A stretch of 64,000 bases of DNA from Rotaria socialis (taxonomy: Eukaryota). The DNA lies in the NCBI GenBank assembly GCA_905331295.1, contig CAJNYD010000098.1:1-64000 (forward strand), in the 5' to 3' direction. Within the stretch, counting starts at the first letter, position 1, and the number at the start of each line of letters is the position of its first letter. Position numbers and translations under genes: made by a program. This document shows positions 1 to 11,383 of this stretch, piece by piece. The notes below the pieces were generated by a model. That model made no database searches and had not been told where the DNA came from. It saw only the letters and a program-made list of their open reading frames with translations.

Positions 1-205
1 AATTCTGCTGGGAAATGTTGAATTCTGCTTAGAATTCTGCTTTCGACCCAAGGTAGTGTGTGTATACAGTAACACAGAATTCTGCTGGGCAAACAGAATT
101 CTCTGTTGGTAGTGTGCAATGTGCCTTTAAGTCATATAGGTATTATTCTTACAGAATTCTGCTGGTTGTTCTTGGGAGAATTCTGCCACCCCTCAAAACG
201 TCTGG
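1..205. repeat. End of a probable non-autonomous DNA transposon with repeated (A)GAATTCTGC motifs, followed by a (TA)n tract
   Basis: About 7 copies of AATTCTGC/GAATTCT in 190 bp, higher GC than the flank, abrupt end at a TA microsatellite. The other end lies outside the window. Confidence 0.45.
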
Positions 206-2291
206 TATATATATATATAATTGTAAGAATAATAAAATACTGAATTACATGTTGTAAGTGATAAATTTATTTAAGAGAGAAAAGCAAGAACGGATTATAA
301 CAACGAATAATATATATACCGAGCAGAGGTAACCTTAGAGCATATTATGTTCTGGTTGAAAGCTTTTCTTAATAATCATCAAATAAAAAAATCGAGCTGA
401 AACGTAAACCAAACTTAGCTTAAGTAATATTTTCTCTATATTCATGAAACAATCATTTCGAACATAATTATGTTTTTATTTAAATGATGAAATTATACTT
501 GAATAGTATTTCTTTTATTACTAAGCTTTTTTTCAAAAATTTTCCAGGGATTAATGTATAATCAATAAGAAAAATTTTATATCATGGTAAAACTACTTTC
601 ATTAAGTCTTGTTGCTGTATAGTCTTCGTAATGGTATTCTTTATTAGGTGATATACTTATTAGAACTAAAACATATTGTATTAGTTCGTCGACGAAAATT
701 TTTGTTGACATAAATACTACATTTCGTTTTTTCATCTATAAATTACTCAAAGTTAGTCGATACATTCTTCAAATTCATTCATACAGTTTTTACATCTGAT
801 GCAAAGATTTTAAATTCAATAGTGTTTTCAGACAAGAAAGGATACGTACTTGGTATAGTATCTTTGCTTTCTATTGTTATTATCGATTCCGCATGTAATT
901 CATCTATAAAAATGAGAACCGGCGCTCTTTATTACTTTTCTCATAGAGCGAAAGAATAATGTTGAAATGCACTGTATTGATTACTAGATGTATATTTTAT
1001 TTCAAGCATAGTTCTTTTACTTGAAAGATTTTTATGAGCTTTAAAACTAGAATGAGCATATAATTGGTGGAAACTAGCAAAAGAAATAAAAATGATTTGT
1101 TCTATGTTTATAAGCTGTAACTTTCTCGACTGACATATACAGAAAAAGGAACTGATTTGATTGTTTGAAGACGTAATAATTTCGATGTATCTGATCCGGC
1201 AGCCCTAAAGTCTGTCACAACCACGTTCTTTTCATTGTCAATAGTATTGTAAATTACAACAAAAAACGATCTCAATTTTATTTTTATTTAGAACAAATTC
1301 AATCAAAATAAACTTCTACTTCGGTCTTGAATAATTGATGTTAATTATTCACGAATAATAAAGTCAGTTGTTATTTTTGTTCAGATATAGTTTTAAAAGA
1401 TAGAATATAAAAAAAACAACTTTGAAAGTTCTTTTGAAAACAGACTGTTTATCGGTACTTGAAAGGATTCTTCAATTCTTTTTACGGTAGCTATAATACT
1501 GAATCCTTTGATGATACTTAGTTATACAATAGTTAGAAAAACTCAGAGTAAGTTTCATTTGATATAGAATGATATTAGAGTTCTGCCAACTCAAGATCAT
1601 GAATTGCTTTGCATTAATGGTATTTTACGCATTTGTTGAACAGTTTTTGATCGAGGCATAATCCGAACGTTCAATTTAGGTGTTCATGAAACTGATTTTT
1701 TTATTACACATAACCTACTATAAAAAATCTAAGAAGTAAACGATGATGAACTATTCAAATGTGACATTCTCTACATACGACAACTGAAAAAAATCTGATA
1801 TCTATTTGAAAGAGATAATATAATTGATGAGTATTGAAATCAAGGTTTGTCTTTCATGATTAGTATTTTATCTACTTAAAAGAGAGAGTCGAAGTGTTGA
1901 ATCAAATACAGGTGAATTGTTATGAAGTGCTAACTGATTATGTTGCGTCGATTTTGCAGCATAAAACATCTATATATCAGCATAGGATTCTCGTACATTG
2001 TATCGATACATCCGTTGATAATAACTATAAGATTGGATACATAGGATACAGAGAGTTCGTTTACTTGTCTGTAAATTGCAGAATCTTTGCAAAGAAAAGC
2101 TATTCATATTGATTTCATTTGAGTTAAAAGAAAAGCAATAATTAATCACAATGGCCACGTAACCGGGCTGCGCGTTTTATTTTCTCTGTCATGAGATCCA
2201 CACAAACAAAACAATGTACACTCAACAGAAAAAAAGATACAGCAAAAGACAAAAAAAAAAAGAATACTAATCAAAGTAGCTATCTAATTTA

Positions 2292-3466
2292 TTATCGCAT
2301 CGATGATGGAACAACTTGTGTAGTTAGTCCAGTTGTACTTGTCATCATTAAATTTTGATGTAAATGTAAGTTCATTCCTAAGACAGATCGAACATCACGA
2401 CAAAATCTCAATGCATCAAGAAATGGGAGCAATGCTAATAGGCACGTATCTGTTGGATCAAAAAACCATGATTTAACTAAACAAAACAAAAACGGAGATA
2501 AATATTAATGATCACAAATTAAACATGCATTCATGATTTACTAGGTATTGCATTTAATGGATAAGATCTATATGCAATAGGACTATTGTCTAAAATAAAT
2601 ATTCGCGAAAGATCACCATTAACAACAGCTAAATCTTTTGAATATGCACCAAATTCGAGTGTACAATGTTGTCTGAAATAGCGTCGTGAAAGAATATTTC
2701 GATTATTATCTAATCGTTCAGTTACAGCTGCGCCGTATATTTCCATAGACGCTGTAAATACCACAAGGTCATACCATTGACTCACCTAAAACAAAGTATT
2801 AGAATTTTTGTGTGATTTTGTTTAAATTTGTCTTCATTGATTTTCTTACTGTTTCAAGAAAATAATCCACATGAGGTCGTTTATAAACAAAAAAGCGAAC
2901 TGGATGTCGTTCGATTTCAACGCGAACTATGAAATCAGGTGGTCCTGTCGGTTTGACAGTAGCGACCCGTGAAAGACCATCGTGATGTGAATGAATTAAA
3001 GTTTCATCCAAATCTAATACTAAGATTTTTTTAGGAAGAAAATCTATGGAAGAACAAAGATATGTACGGCTGAAAATAAATGTATTACATACGCAATCTA
3101 TGAAGAGATAATGGTTGAAGAGGACAATTATAATATTTAACAGATTGGAATTGAATAAGCTAAAATAAAAAGCGAAAATTTTTATTTAGAAAAACGCTAT
3201 TTACTACAGTCTAATACTTTTTTCTTTGATCCACGTAAAGTAACAAATATAAATGTCCAAACGCCAAAAAAAAATCTCAGGAATCGTTTCAACATTAACA
3301 AAAAATAAAAGAAGATTTTTGTATTTAACAAATAAATATAGTCAAAGGCACGAAGAAATACACGAAACATGCTTATTGTATGTTTTTCACTAGTTGAATT
3401 CGAATGATTATTATGATTAATTAGTCCTTGTTGTTGTTGAACTCGAATAACTGATGATGATGCCAT
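2292..3466 (-). CDS. CTDNEP1: CTD nuclear envelope phosphatase 1 (Dullard), 5 exons
   Basis: Spliced translation gives [17 protein letters not shown] (DxDxT HAD motif), [52 protein letters not shown] and LDALRF. Example introns: 3217-3160 and 3092-3044. Confidence 0.95.
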
Positions 3467-3989
3467 TAGAATATATAAAGTTTTCGTTTAAACAGTAAAC
3501 ATTATTGCGTTTAATTGCAAAAATAGAAAAATAAGAATGAACTTGTCGAAAACTACGATATATTACAGCTGAGATACTAGCTCAATCAACCAATAAAATC
3601 GGAAGAGAATTGAATGGAGGTCACTATATGACAATCAATGGCAAACAGGATACCAATGAAAAAGACGAAGATAAACTATATGAACAAAACACATAAAATT
3701 CATTTGAAACTACCATACTTCGTCATTGAGGATATTATCGGATTTCAATTTTTAAATACTATTAAAGCATGCAAAGGTTCTATTGAGAGATGAGACAATG
3801 TTATGTACTAGAATCTTCGCACACTGATGAGAACGATCGTCAAGTAAACATATACATGAATGTACCATATGTACATATGAACAGATATTTCAATGATCAA
3901 AAGTATGAATACACATCTGCTGCAATTATATTGAATCAATTAACCATGCAATCTAAAAGAGAAATTTTCATTATTCTTTTTGAGTTTAG

Positions 3990-4967
3990 ATGACTTCTTC
4001 ACCTACACCATCTCATTGGGTTGAATCACTTTTTCCTCCTCAATATTCTATTCGTGATTATCGTTCTACCTTCCAACCTGATAATCAACGTTTACGTCGT
4101 TATATTACTACGTTATCAACATTTGATGCTCCAACACTAGCAGCTATTTATGAACAATCTTATTTATTTACTCTCATTCAACGTTTAGCCCAACAAGAAG
4201 ATGACAATACAGTTAAAACTAAAACTAAAACAACATCTAATCAAACTGAACATGTTGATTCCGTACTTGATATTCGTCTTATTCGATCATTTCTTGAGAA
4301 ACATAAAGAAAAAGAGAAAAACATGGATCAAACTGAAAATATTTGGACATCTGATGAAATTTCCATTATTCGTTCAGCCTATATAAAAGCACGTGATGAA
4401 TGTTTACGTTTAAAATCTGAAAATGATTATTATCGAGAACAACTTGACATTGTTAAAAACAAACTTAATGAAACAAATCAGATATTAGAAAAACTTCAAG
4501 AAGAACATTTATCTCTTAAAAAGACTCATACACGTTGGACTATTCGAGCGAATTCATCTGAACAACTTCTTGACGAACAACGTCAGGAAAATAAAGAGTT
4601 CTCTGAACATATTGAAAAATTAACTGAACAAAATGAATTCTATCGTCGTAATCATTTGCAAATGCAAACTGATTTACTCGAAAAGCAAACACGCTTGGAA
4701 CAGCTTGAAAAACGAATCGACCATTATGATCAAACAACAAGACGTGAATGCGATCGACGTATTGACTTAGCTGAAAAACGTGCTCAAGTTGATAAAGATC
4801 GATTGAAAATAGAAACTAATGATTTACAAACGAAATTAGATAAAGAACAAGATTTACGAAGACAAAATTTACTTGCATTGGATCAATTAAGAAAGCATAT
4901 TGCTTTAGCAAATTCACAAAACAATGAACAATCCTTGTGTGATATCAAACAGGTCAAATATGCCTAA
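3990..4967 (+). CDS. Coiled-coil protein, CCDC160-like, single coding exon, 325 aa
   Basis: Long clean ORF with E/K/Q/L heptad-rich C-terminal two thirds. The N-terminal HWVESLFPP recalls the CCDC160 N-terminus from memory. Confidence 0.7.
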   Translation: MTSSPTPSHWVESLFPPQYSIRDYRSTFQPDNQRLRRYITTLSTFDAPTLAAIYEQSYLFTLIQRLAQQEDDNTVKTKTKTTSNQTEHVDSVLDIRLIRSFLEKHKEKEKNMDQTENIWTSDEISIIRSAYIKARDECLRLKSENDYYREQLDIVKNKLNETNQILEKLQEEHLSLKKTHTRWTIRANSSEQLLDEQRQENKEFSEHIEKLTEQNEFYRRNHLQMQTDLLEKQTRLEQLEKRIDHYDQTTRRECDRRIDLAEKRAQVDKDRLKIETNDLQTKLDKEQDLRRQNLLALDQLRKHIALANSQNNEQSLCDIKQVKYA

Positions 4968-5478
4968 TCGTTTCTTTCTTTTTCTTCTAATAGTAGATTT
5001 ATAATAGAAAAACAAAAACAAATTTTCAATGTTCTTGTGTTGACTTGAAACGTTTTGTTTTTACTTTTTATTTAGCTATAACTTCGAACATAATATTCTG
5101 AGAATAAATTTGAATTTATCGAAAATACATTATCGAATAGTTGGTGATGTTTTATTGTATATTGATGAATAATTTTCGGTTTTTATTGGCCGAACAATCA
5201 TACATATGTATACTTCACAGGATTTTTTTTGTTTTATGATATTTTTTTTATCGTTTAATAAATGAATTATTTAAGTGTCTGTACACACTTGATTTTGATA
5301 TTCTACGTCAAACAATCGCATTCATTCTTTGTTGTGTTTCATCTCGCTTATTTTTCTTTTTTCCTAGTAATGCGATTAATAGGCTATTATGTACTATCAT
5401 TTTTGCATATAAATAAAGCGAAAGAAATTCATTAAAGTTATATTGAATGATATGAACAGTTATTACCTATTTTAGATA

Positions 5479-6169
5479 ATGCCACAAACTTCGAATAATT
5501 TAATGGGTAGTAATTATACAAATAAAACAATAAAATGTGTTTGTGTTGGTGATGGTTGTGTTGGTAAAACATCAATGCTTATATCATATACTACGAATAC
5601 ATTTCCACAGTCTTATGTTCCGACGGTATTTGATAATTATTCAGTTACTGTAATGATTAACAATGAACCGTGCACACTTGCTTTATTTGACACTGCTGGT
5701 CAAACTGGTCAGAATCTTCTAATGAGAATGACAATTTTTTATTTTTGTTTTCTCAATCTATTCTCTAGGCTTTGAATTGATGCGTGCATTTTCATATACG
5801 AATACTGATGTATTTCTTGTTTGCTTCAGTGTTATGGCTCCAGCATCATTTAATAATGCACTTAAAATTTGGATCGCTGAAATACGTCAATCAACATCAC
5901 CATCTGGTACAGCACCCTTTGTTCTCGTTGGAACAAAAATTGATCTTCGTAAAAATCTAGCCGACGTTGAATTATTAGCTAAATCGAAACAAAAGCCAAT
6001 AACACGTGAAGAAGGTGAACGTGCAGCAAAAGAATACGGTGCATATGCATATATTGAATGTTCAGCATTAACACAGGAAAATCTTAAAGAAACATTTGAT
6101 GCTGCTATATTAGCTGCACTCACTCCAATACCTTCTAAGCGTGTTAAAATTTTATGTTGTTGCTCATAA
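5479..6169 (+). CDS. Rho-family small GTPase, Cdc42-like but divergent; intron 5708-5768
   Basis: [13 protein letters not shown] (G1), YVPTVFDNY (effector), FDTAGQ (G3), VGTKIDLR (G4), YIECSALTQ (G5), C-terminal CCCS. Confidence 0.92.
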
Positions 6170-6463
6170 TGTTTAATTCAGATAACAGTGATGCTAACTA
6201 TAAAAGTATTGATCTTGTCTGTATCTCGTATTCGATATTATTTATAGACTTATATTTGAATTTTGTTTTTCTTATGCATAATACTCATCTCTTTTATTTA
6301 TTCTGTATATTCGAGATTACTTTTTCGCTTGCTGTTGTCATCAGTTTTTTTTTGTTTTATACATTCTTTTAAAAAAATATATCTATATATTCGATACAAT
6401 GATAATAATCAGTGAAAATGTTACTATTCACCGCGTCATGCTTGAAAGAACGCGGAATATATA

Positions 6464-7099
6464 ATGTTTACAGGTAAAAAAACATTAAGTTTAAGTCATT
6501 TCAAATCAAGTATGGGACAGAAACAAGCAGTTGCATCTAGCTGGACAATAGATGACTTGGCATTTGGAACGGGTCAAAATGCTGTACAAATTGAAGACGT
6601 TATTGGTGAAGTGCAAAAAATACCAGGAAAAATGTTTGGTGGTAAAGCTATTGAAAATGATGCAACAATTAATCGAATGCAAACTGATCTTTTATCATTT
6701 GATGATACACTTCGACGAATTTTTCGACGAAAAAAAAGTAAACGCTCAAAGCGAGAAGAACCTCCACAGGAGTCTTATCAAGACGAACAATCTTACCCTG
6801 ACAGCGAACAATATTACAAAACTGATGGGCAATATTATGCTCAAGATGAAGAATACTATGATCAAGATGGACGATATTATGCAGAACATCAAAAATATTA
6901 TGATCAAAATCAACAAGCAATACCGGAAGAAGATGAAACTCAACTTTCACCAATTTATTCCGAAAATAATCCAAAAACAATAAATAAGGATGCCGATACG
7001 GATAAAAATCTTCCATGGAGATGCAGATATTGTACTGCAGAAAACAAATCAACTGATATTGATTGTCTTCAATGTAAACAAAGCGAGGCAACATTTTAA
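6464..7099 (+). CDS. Unknown protein with Tyr-rich 7-aa repeats and C-terminal RanBP2-type zinc finger; likely start is ATG 6512 (MGQKQA)
   Basis: 211-codon ORF. WRCRYCTAENKSTDIDCLQC fits W-x-C-x2-C-x3-N-x6-C-x2-C. Confidence 0.75.
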   Translation: MFTGKKTLSLSHFKSSMGQKQAVASSWTIDDLAFGTGQNAVQIEDVIGEVQKIPGKMFGGKAIENDATINRMQTDLLSFDDTLRRIFRRKKSKRSKREEPPQESYQDEQSYPDSEQYYKTDGQYYAQDEEYYDQDGRYYAEHQKYYDQNQQAIPEEDETQLSPIYSENNPKTINKDADTDKNLPWRCRYCTAENKSTDIDCLQCKQSEATF

Positions 7100-7834
7100 T
7101 TTGTTTGTTTTGTTTTTAAACGAGAAAAGTAGTGTATTTTTATGCATACTTGTTTATCTTTCGAAATATCTTACCTTCAAAAAGACGTGACTTTTCATGA
7201 TGCGCAGTGCGCGCATCTATCATCAATGCAATACTTTTGGACATAATTTGTTGTTTTGATAGTCATAACGAAAAGAAAATACCTGACAAACATACGAGTA
7301 CAATATCGATACGACAGAAATATTCTGGTTAAAAAAACACAGTGCGACTTCAATTAATGCGCACAGTGAAAATGTTTATGATTTATACACACAACATTTT
7401 TTGGTTGAATAGACGACACAAATGCACTGCATGATAATATAGAACATTCTAAGATAAATAAAATTTGAAGCTAGTAGCTATTTACTCATACAAGTATTTA
7501 CAACACGTTCGTGTACATTTATAATTACGCTATTCATATAAAATTTAATATTCCTTGATGCCAAATTTATATACGAATAAATTTAATATTACTTCCAGGA
7601 TATTAATTGTATAAATTTCTTATAGGTACTCATAGTAGTTTGATTATATCAAATTGAGCATACGTTAATTTTTCTCTTTCTATCGAAATATAGAAATTGA
7701 GATTTATTGATATTATTAAATGAAAGTTATGAATATTTTATGTCAATAAATACTTGCAATCATAGGAATATGTCAACTATTATTATCAAGTCTAACGTGT
7801 TTTTTTTTCATAAATTGGGGCTCTATGAAATGAA

Positions 7835-7895
7835 GAAAGAAAGAACGAACGAACGAACGAACGAAAGAAAGAAAGCAAGGAAAAAAGAAAGAAAC
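7835..7895. repeat. (GAAA)n/(GAAC)n microsatellite
   Basis: Directly visible tetranucleotide tract. Confidence 0.7.
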
Positions 7896-8149
7896 AGAAT
7901 ATTGACTTTCCTCTATTCTTAGCCGTTTATCATTTTATCATTGTGTAGTCACGCGCATTTTTCTCCTGATTACCTAGCGCTTCTCCGACATTATATCTGT
8001 TGTATATGCATGTGTTGTTCATCTGTCCGTCTTTTCATATCTAAAAGGAAAATAAATGTGAAATAGATAAAAGGAAAGACACAAAATCACTGTCACGCAG
8101 TTTTTCAGTGTATATAATCGGCCCTATTATTAGTAGTACTACTGCAAAA

Positions 8150-11100
8150 ATGCAACAAATTTCACCGATAAAAGCTATCTACAATTTAGCACAACGAAAT
8201 AAAGTATGTTCATACAAACGAAAATTTTCTTAGTGTACAAAAAGCTTATACCAATATAGATATTTGTTGAATATCGATTGGAAAAAGAGTTTGGCCCAGT
8301 TCATCGAAAAATATATACAGTTCGACTTCATGTAGATGATAAAAGTTATGTTGGTACTGAGCATAGTATTAAATCAGCAAAGTATGCGGCTGCGCAACTA
8401 GCTCTGAATGATTACCATAATGCAATAAACATCAATAATTATGACCAAGATAATTCACAAATAAACGGTAAGATTTATTAGTGATAAGTATGATGTATAT
8501 AGGAAAAAATAGAACTCAATCATGGGTGTGATTCATGAAGTATTCCAATGTCTAATTTTGCAAGTTTCTATGTCTCCTATTTTAACACAAAAAGGAAGAG
8601 ATAACGATCAATAGCAAACATCAAATCATGCCCTTTTTTTTCGAATTGATTGCATATCGATCTGATTTCAAGTGAATTGGTACACAATTTACTGTCATAA
8701 AATTCATATTACGTAGTAAAGAGATCTTTTTAAAAATCCTATAATAAATCTAGAGATTCAATTTCAAAACTACTTAATTGTTTTTAAGTAAATTATTTTC
8801 AGTTTCTCAATACAGCTTAGTGTAGGGTCAACATAAATTTTAGAAAAAAAAATTTTAGCTATTCATAAAAAAAACATTATTCTTACGATAGTATTTTATT
8901 GTTGAAACTGAAGATTTTATTCCCGAAAGCAATTGAATTACTGTTGAAAGAGATTAGTTCAGTGTTTTAGAAATAGATTCATTTTTGAGTGCATTGTAAA
9001 TATGTATATATATATATATCCTCATTCTCTAGTCAAAATATAGTTATGAAGTTCATCGTCAATTTATATATCTATTATTCATTTGAAATAAGCACGCTTT
9101 CGAATTGAATTTACTTAAATAATTTCTGATTTTATAGAATTCAAGTTAGTTGTATTGCCATTCTTTTGCTCATGTGTGCTGTTTGAATTAGTTTCTTTTT
9201 TTTCTGAAAAATAATTAATCATGAGATAAATGCATTCAAATCGTATGAAACTTTTAATATATGTTGGAAACATAGTGGAGCATCTAAATTTTACGTGTTA
9301 GCTTGATATTATGATGTTTAAGAGAGATATTTATCATAAAGGCACTTGAAATAATTAATTCGGTAATCTCAAAATTATCTACAAATCCTTACTGAATATT
9401 AAGAATTTATTTTTGTGTGACAGATCTTAGAAGTCTTATATTTGTTCCAGTAGAGAAGAAAAAAATAATGAGAAGTATTAATGTTTTGAAAACACTTGAA
9501 AGACAATTCTACCTACAACAAGTTACTTATGTAATTCTAGAAAACTTTCATTTAAAAAGAGAATATGCCACGCATCTTTCACCTGGACATGATCTTTCAA
9601 ACAAAAACAATACATTAAATGAAGGTTCACAAAGAATATTTTGGTTAAAGTTATAAAAAAGCATTAAGAGAAAAGAAATGAAAAAAGAAGCTTTTTTGCC
9701 TTTTTTTTTTATAAAGAAATTGTTTTCGAGCTGGCAACAACACATATTATCTCAAATTTTTGGAAGAAACCAAATCTCGGTTACATGAAATTTTACCGCT
9801 TGGCTTATCTTCAAACATATATACTATATATTTCAAATTTCAGTTTTATTTTGATGCAAATTCATGTTTTCACAAAGTAGAGAAATTTAAAAAAAAGATA
9901 ATTTTAATTAATATCATGGTTTTGAATATTTAAGGTTCTATTTTAATCGTATATGACTTATTTATCAGATAGGATCGCACTTTTTGTGAATAAAATTACC
10001 CTTGAGAATGATTGAAACTTTACAAAATTATGTTAGCCGTTGATTGTCGTAGTGCTTTTATAGTATGGCTAAATATGTCTTTACTATCATACTTTCAAAA
10101 TTATTGTTAAAATAGATCCCTATAAAGTAAAATAAACATGAATAGTTCTATTAAGAAAATTGTAATCTATTTAAGAATTCCAATCACCAACTGTTACATT
10201 AAATATATGGTCTATTCAAAATCATATTTCAATTCGTTATGTTTTGCTCAATCAACAATTTAAATCAAACTCAACAAATCAGTCGTGTATTCTTTTTTAT
10301 TATCGTCTTTATCTTGGTCATAATTCATATTTTGATGGACATGGTTATACACACCAGCAAGCTCGTACTAAGTGTGCTCTTGATGCTTTATTTTTCTTAC
10401 GTCAAAATCAAATATCAACACAACATTTGAATGTTCCATTCTTATCGAATGCTAGAAAACAACATCCACGAAAATCCGATATATCTCTTATGTATGAACG
10501 AGCGAAACAACTTGGTCATACTGTTCACATTACTTTTGATGATCCATTAACTGTCACATATGTTATTGGTGAAAATTATTCTGCAACTGCTACAGGTTCT
10601 ACTCAGCAAACAGCTAAACAATTGGCTGCAAGAAAAATGTTAGAAATTTTACCATCAACTAATATTCAGTTGAAACTGAATCCGATTACACGTATTTATC
10701 AATCAGCTCAATTACGGCAAGTCAAAATTGAATTTATTCAGTTAACTGATAAAGAAAACTTCACTTATCAAATCAGATTTGGTGATAATGACGTAGCTGA
10801 AGGCTATGGTAAAACGAAGAAAATAGCTAAACAACTTGCTGCTGAAGCTTTACTTCAAAAATTAGATACCGCTGTTGTTTTACTACCACCACCAAGTAAA
10901 AGTTTGCTTAAAAGAGATGGAAATAATGAGAAAACAGATAAACAAGAAAAAAAACATGTACATTTTGTAGAGGAAATCATTGAGAAAGATAATAAAATGT
11001 CATCTAGTCCATCATCATTGCCATCAAACGTTGAGAATTCATATAAACAACAATTGATTGAAACTTGTCAAAAATTAAGAATTCATATTGAATACTTAGA

Positions 11101-11383
11101 TAAAATGGTTTGTATAAAATACAAAATAAAATTTAATTCTATATAAAAATATGAAGAATTTCTTTTTTAGAATGAAAATGAAAATGGAATTAGTGCACAA
11201 TATCAATCAATGGTTATTTTATCAACTGCTGATCGCCGTCTAGCACAATTTCGTGGCAATGGTCCATCATTAATACGTGCACAAGAAAATGCGTCATCAG
11301 CGGTTTGGAATAATTTAAAGCAATTATTTAATGGATCTAGTCGAATACAAAAAATGAAAAGAATCGAGAAAAAATATCAATGA
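8150..11383 (+). CDS. stau: Staufen-like dsRNA-binding protein with 5 dsRBDs; exons 8150-8203, 8260-8467, 10176-11107, 11171-11383
   Basis: dsRBD1 (SPIKAIYNLAQRN..GPVHRKIYTV..SIKSAKYAAA), dsRBD2 (SPTVTLN), dsRBD3 (KSDISLMYE), dsRBD4 (NPITRI..GYGKTKKIAKQLAA), PP1-type KHVHF and a dsRBD5-like C-terminus, in the same order as Staufen. Splice phases are consistent. Confidence 0.8.

Noticed and set aside
1..205. CRISPR-like repeat-spacer appearance
   Set aside because: The motif is only ~9 bp and irregularly spaced, the context is eukaryotic and there are no cas genes.
6552..7094. Overlapping alternative-frame and antisense ORFs
   Set aside because: Explained as shadows of the repetitive real ORF.
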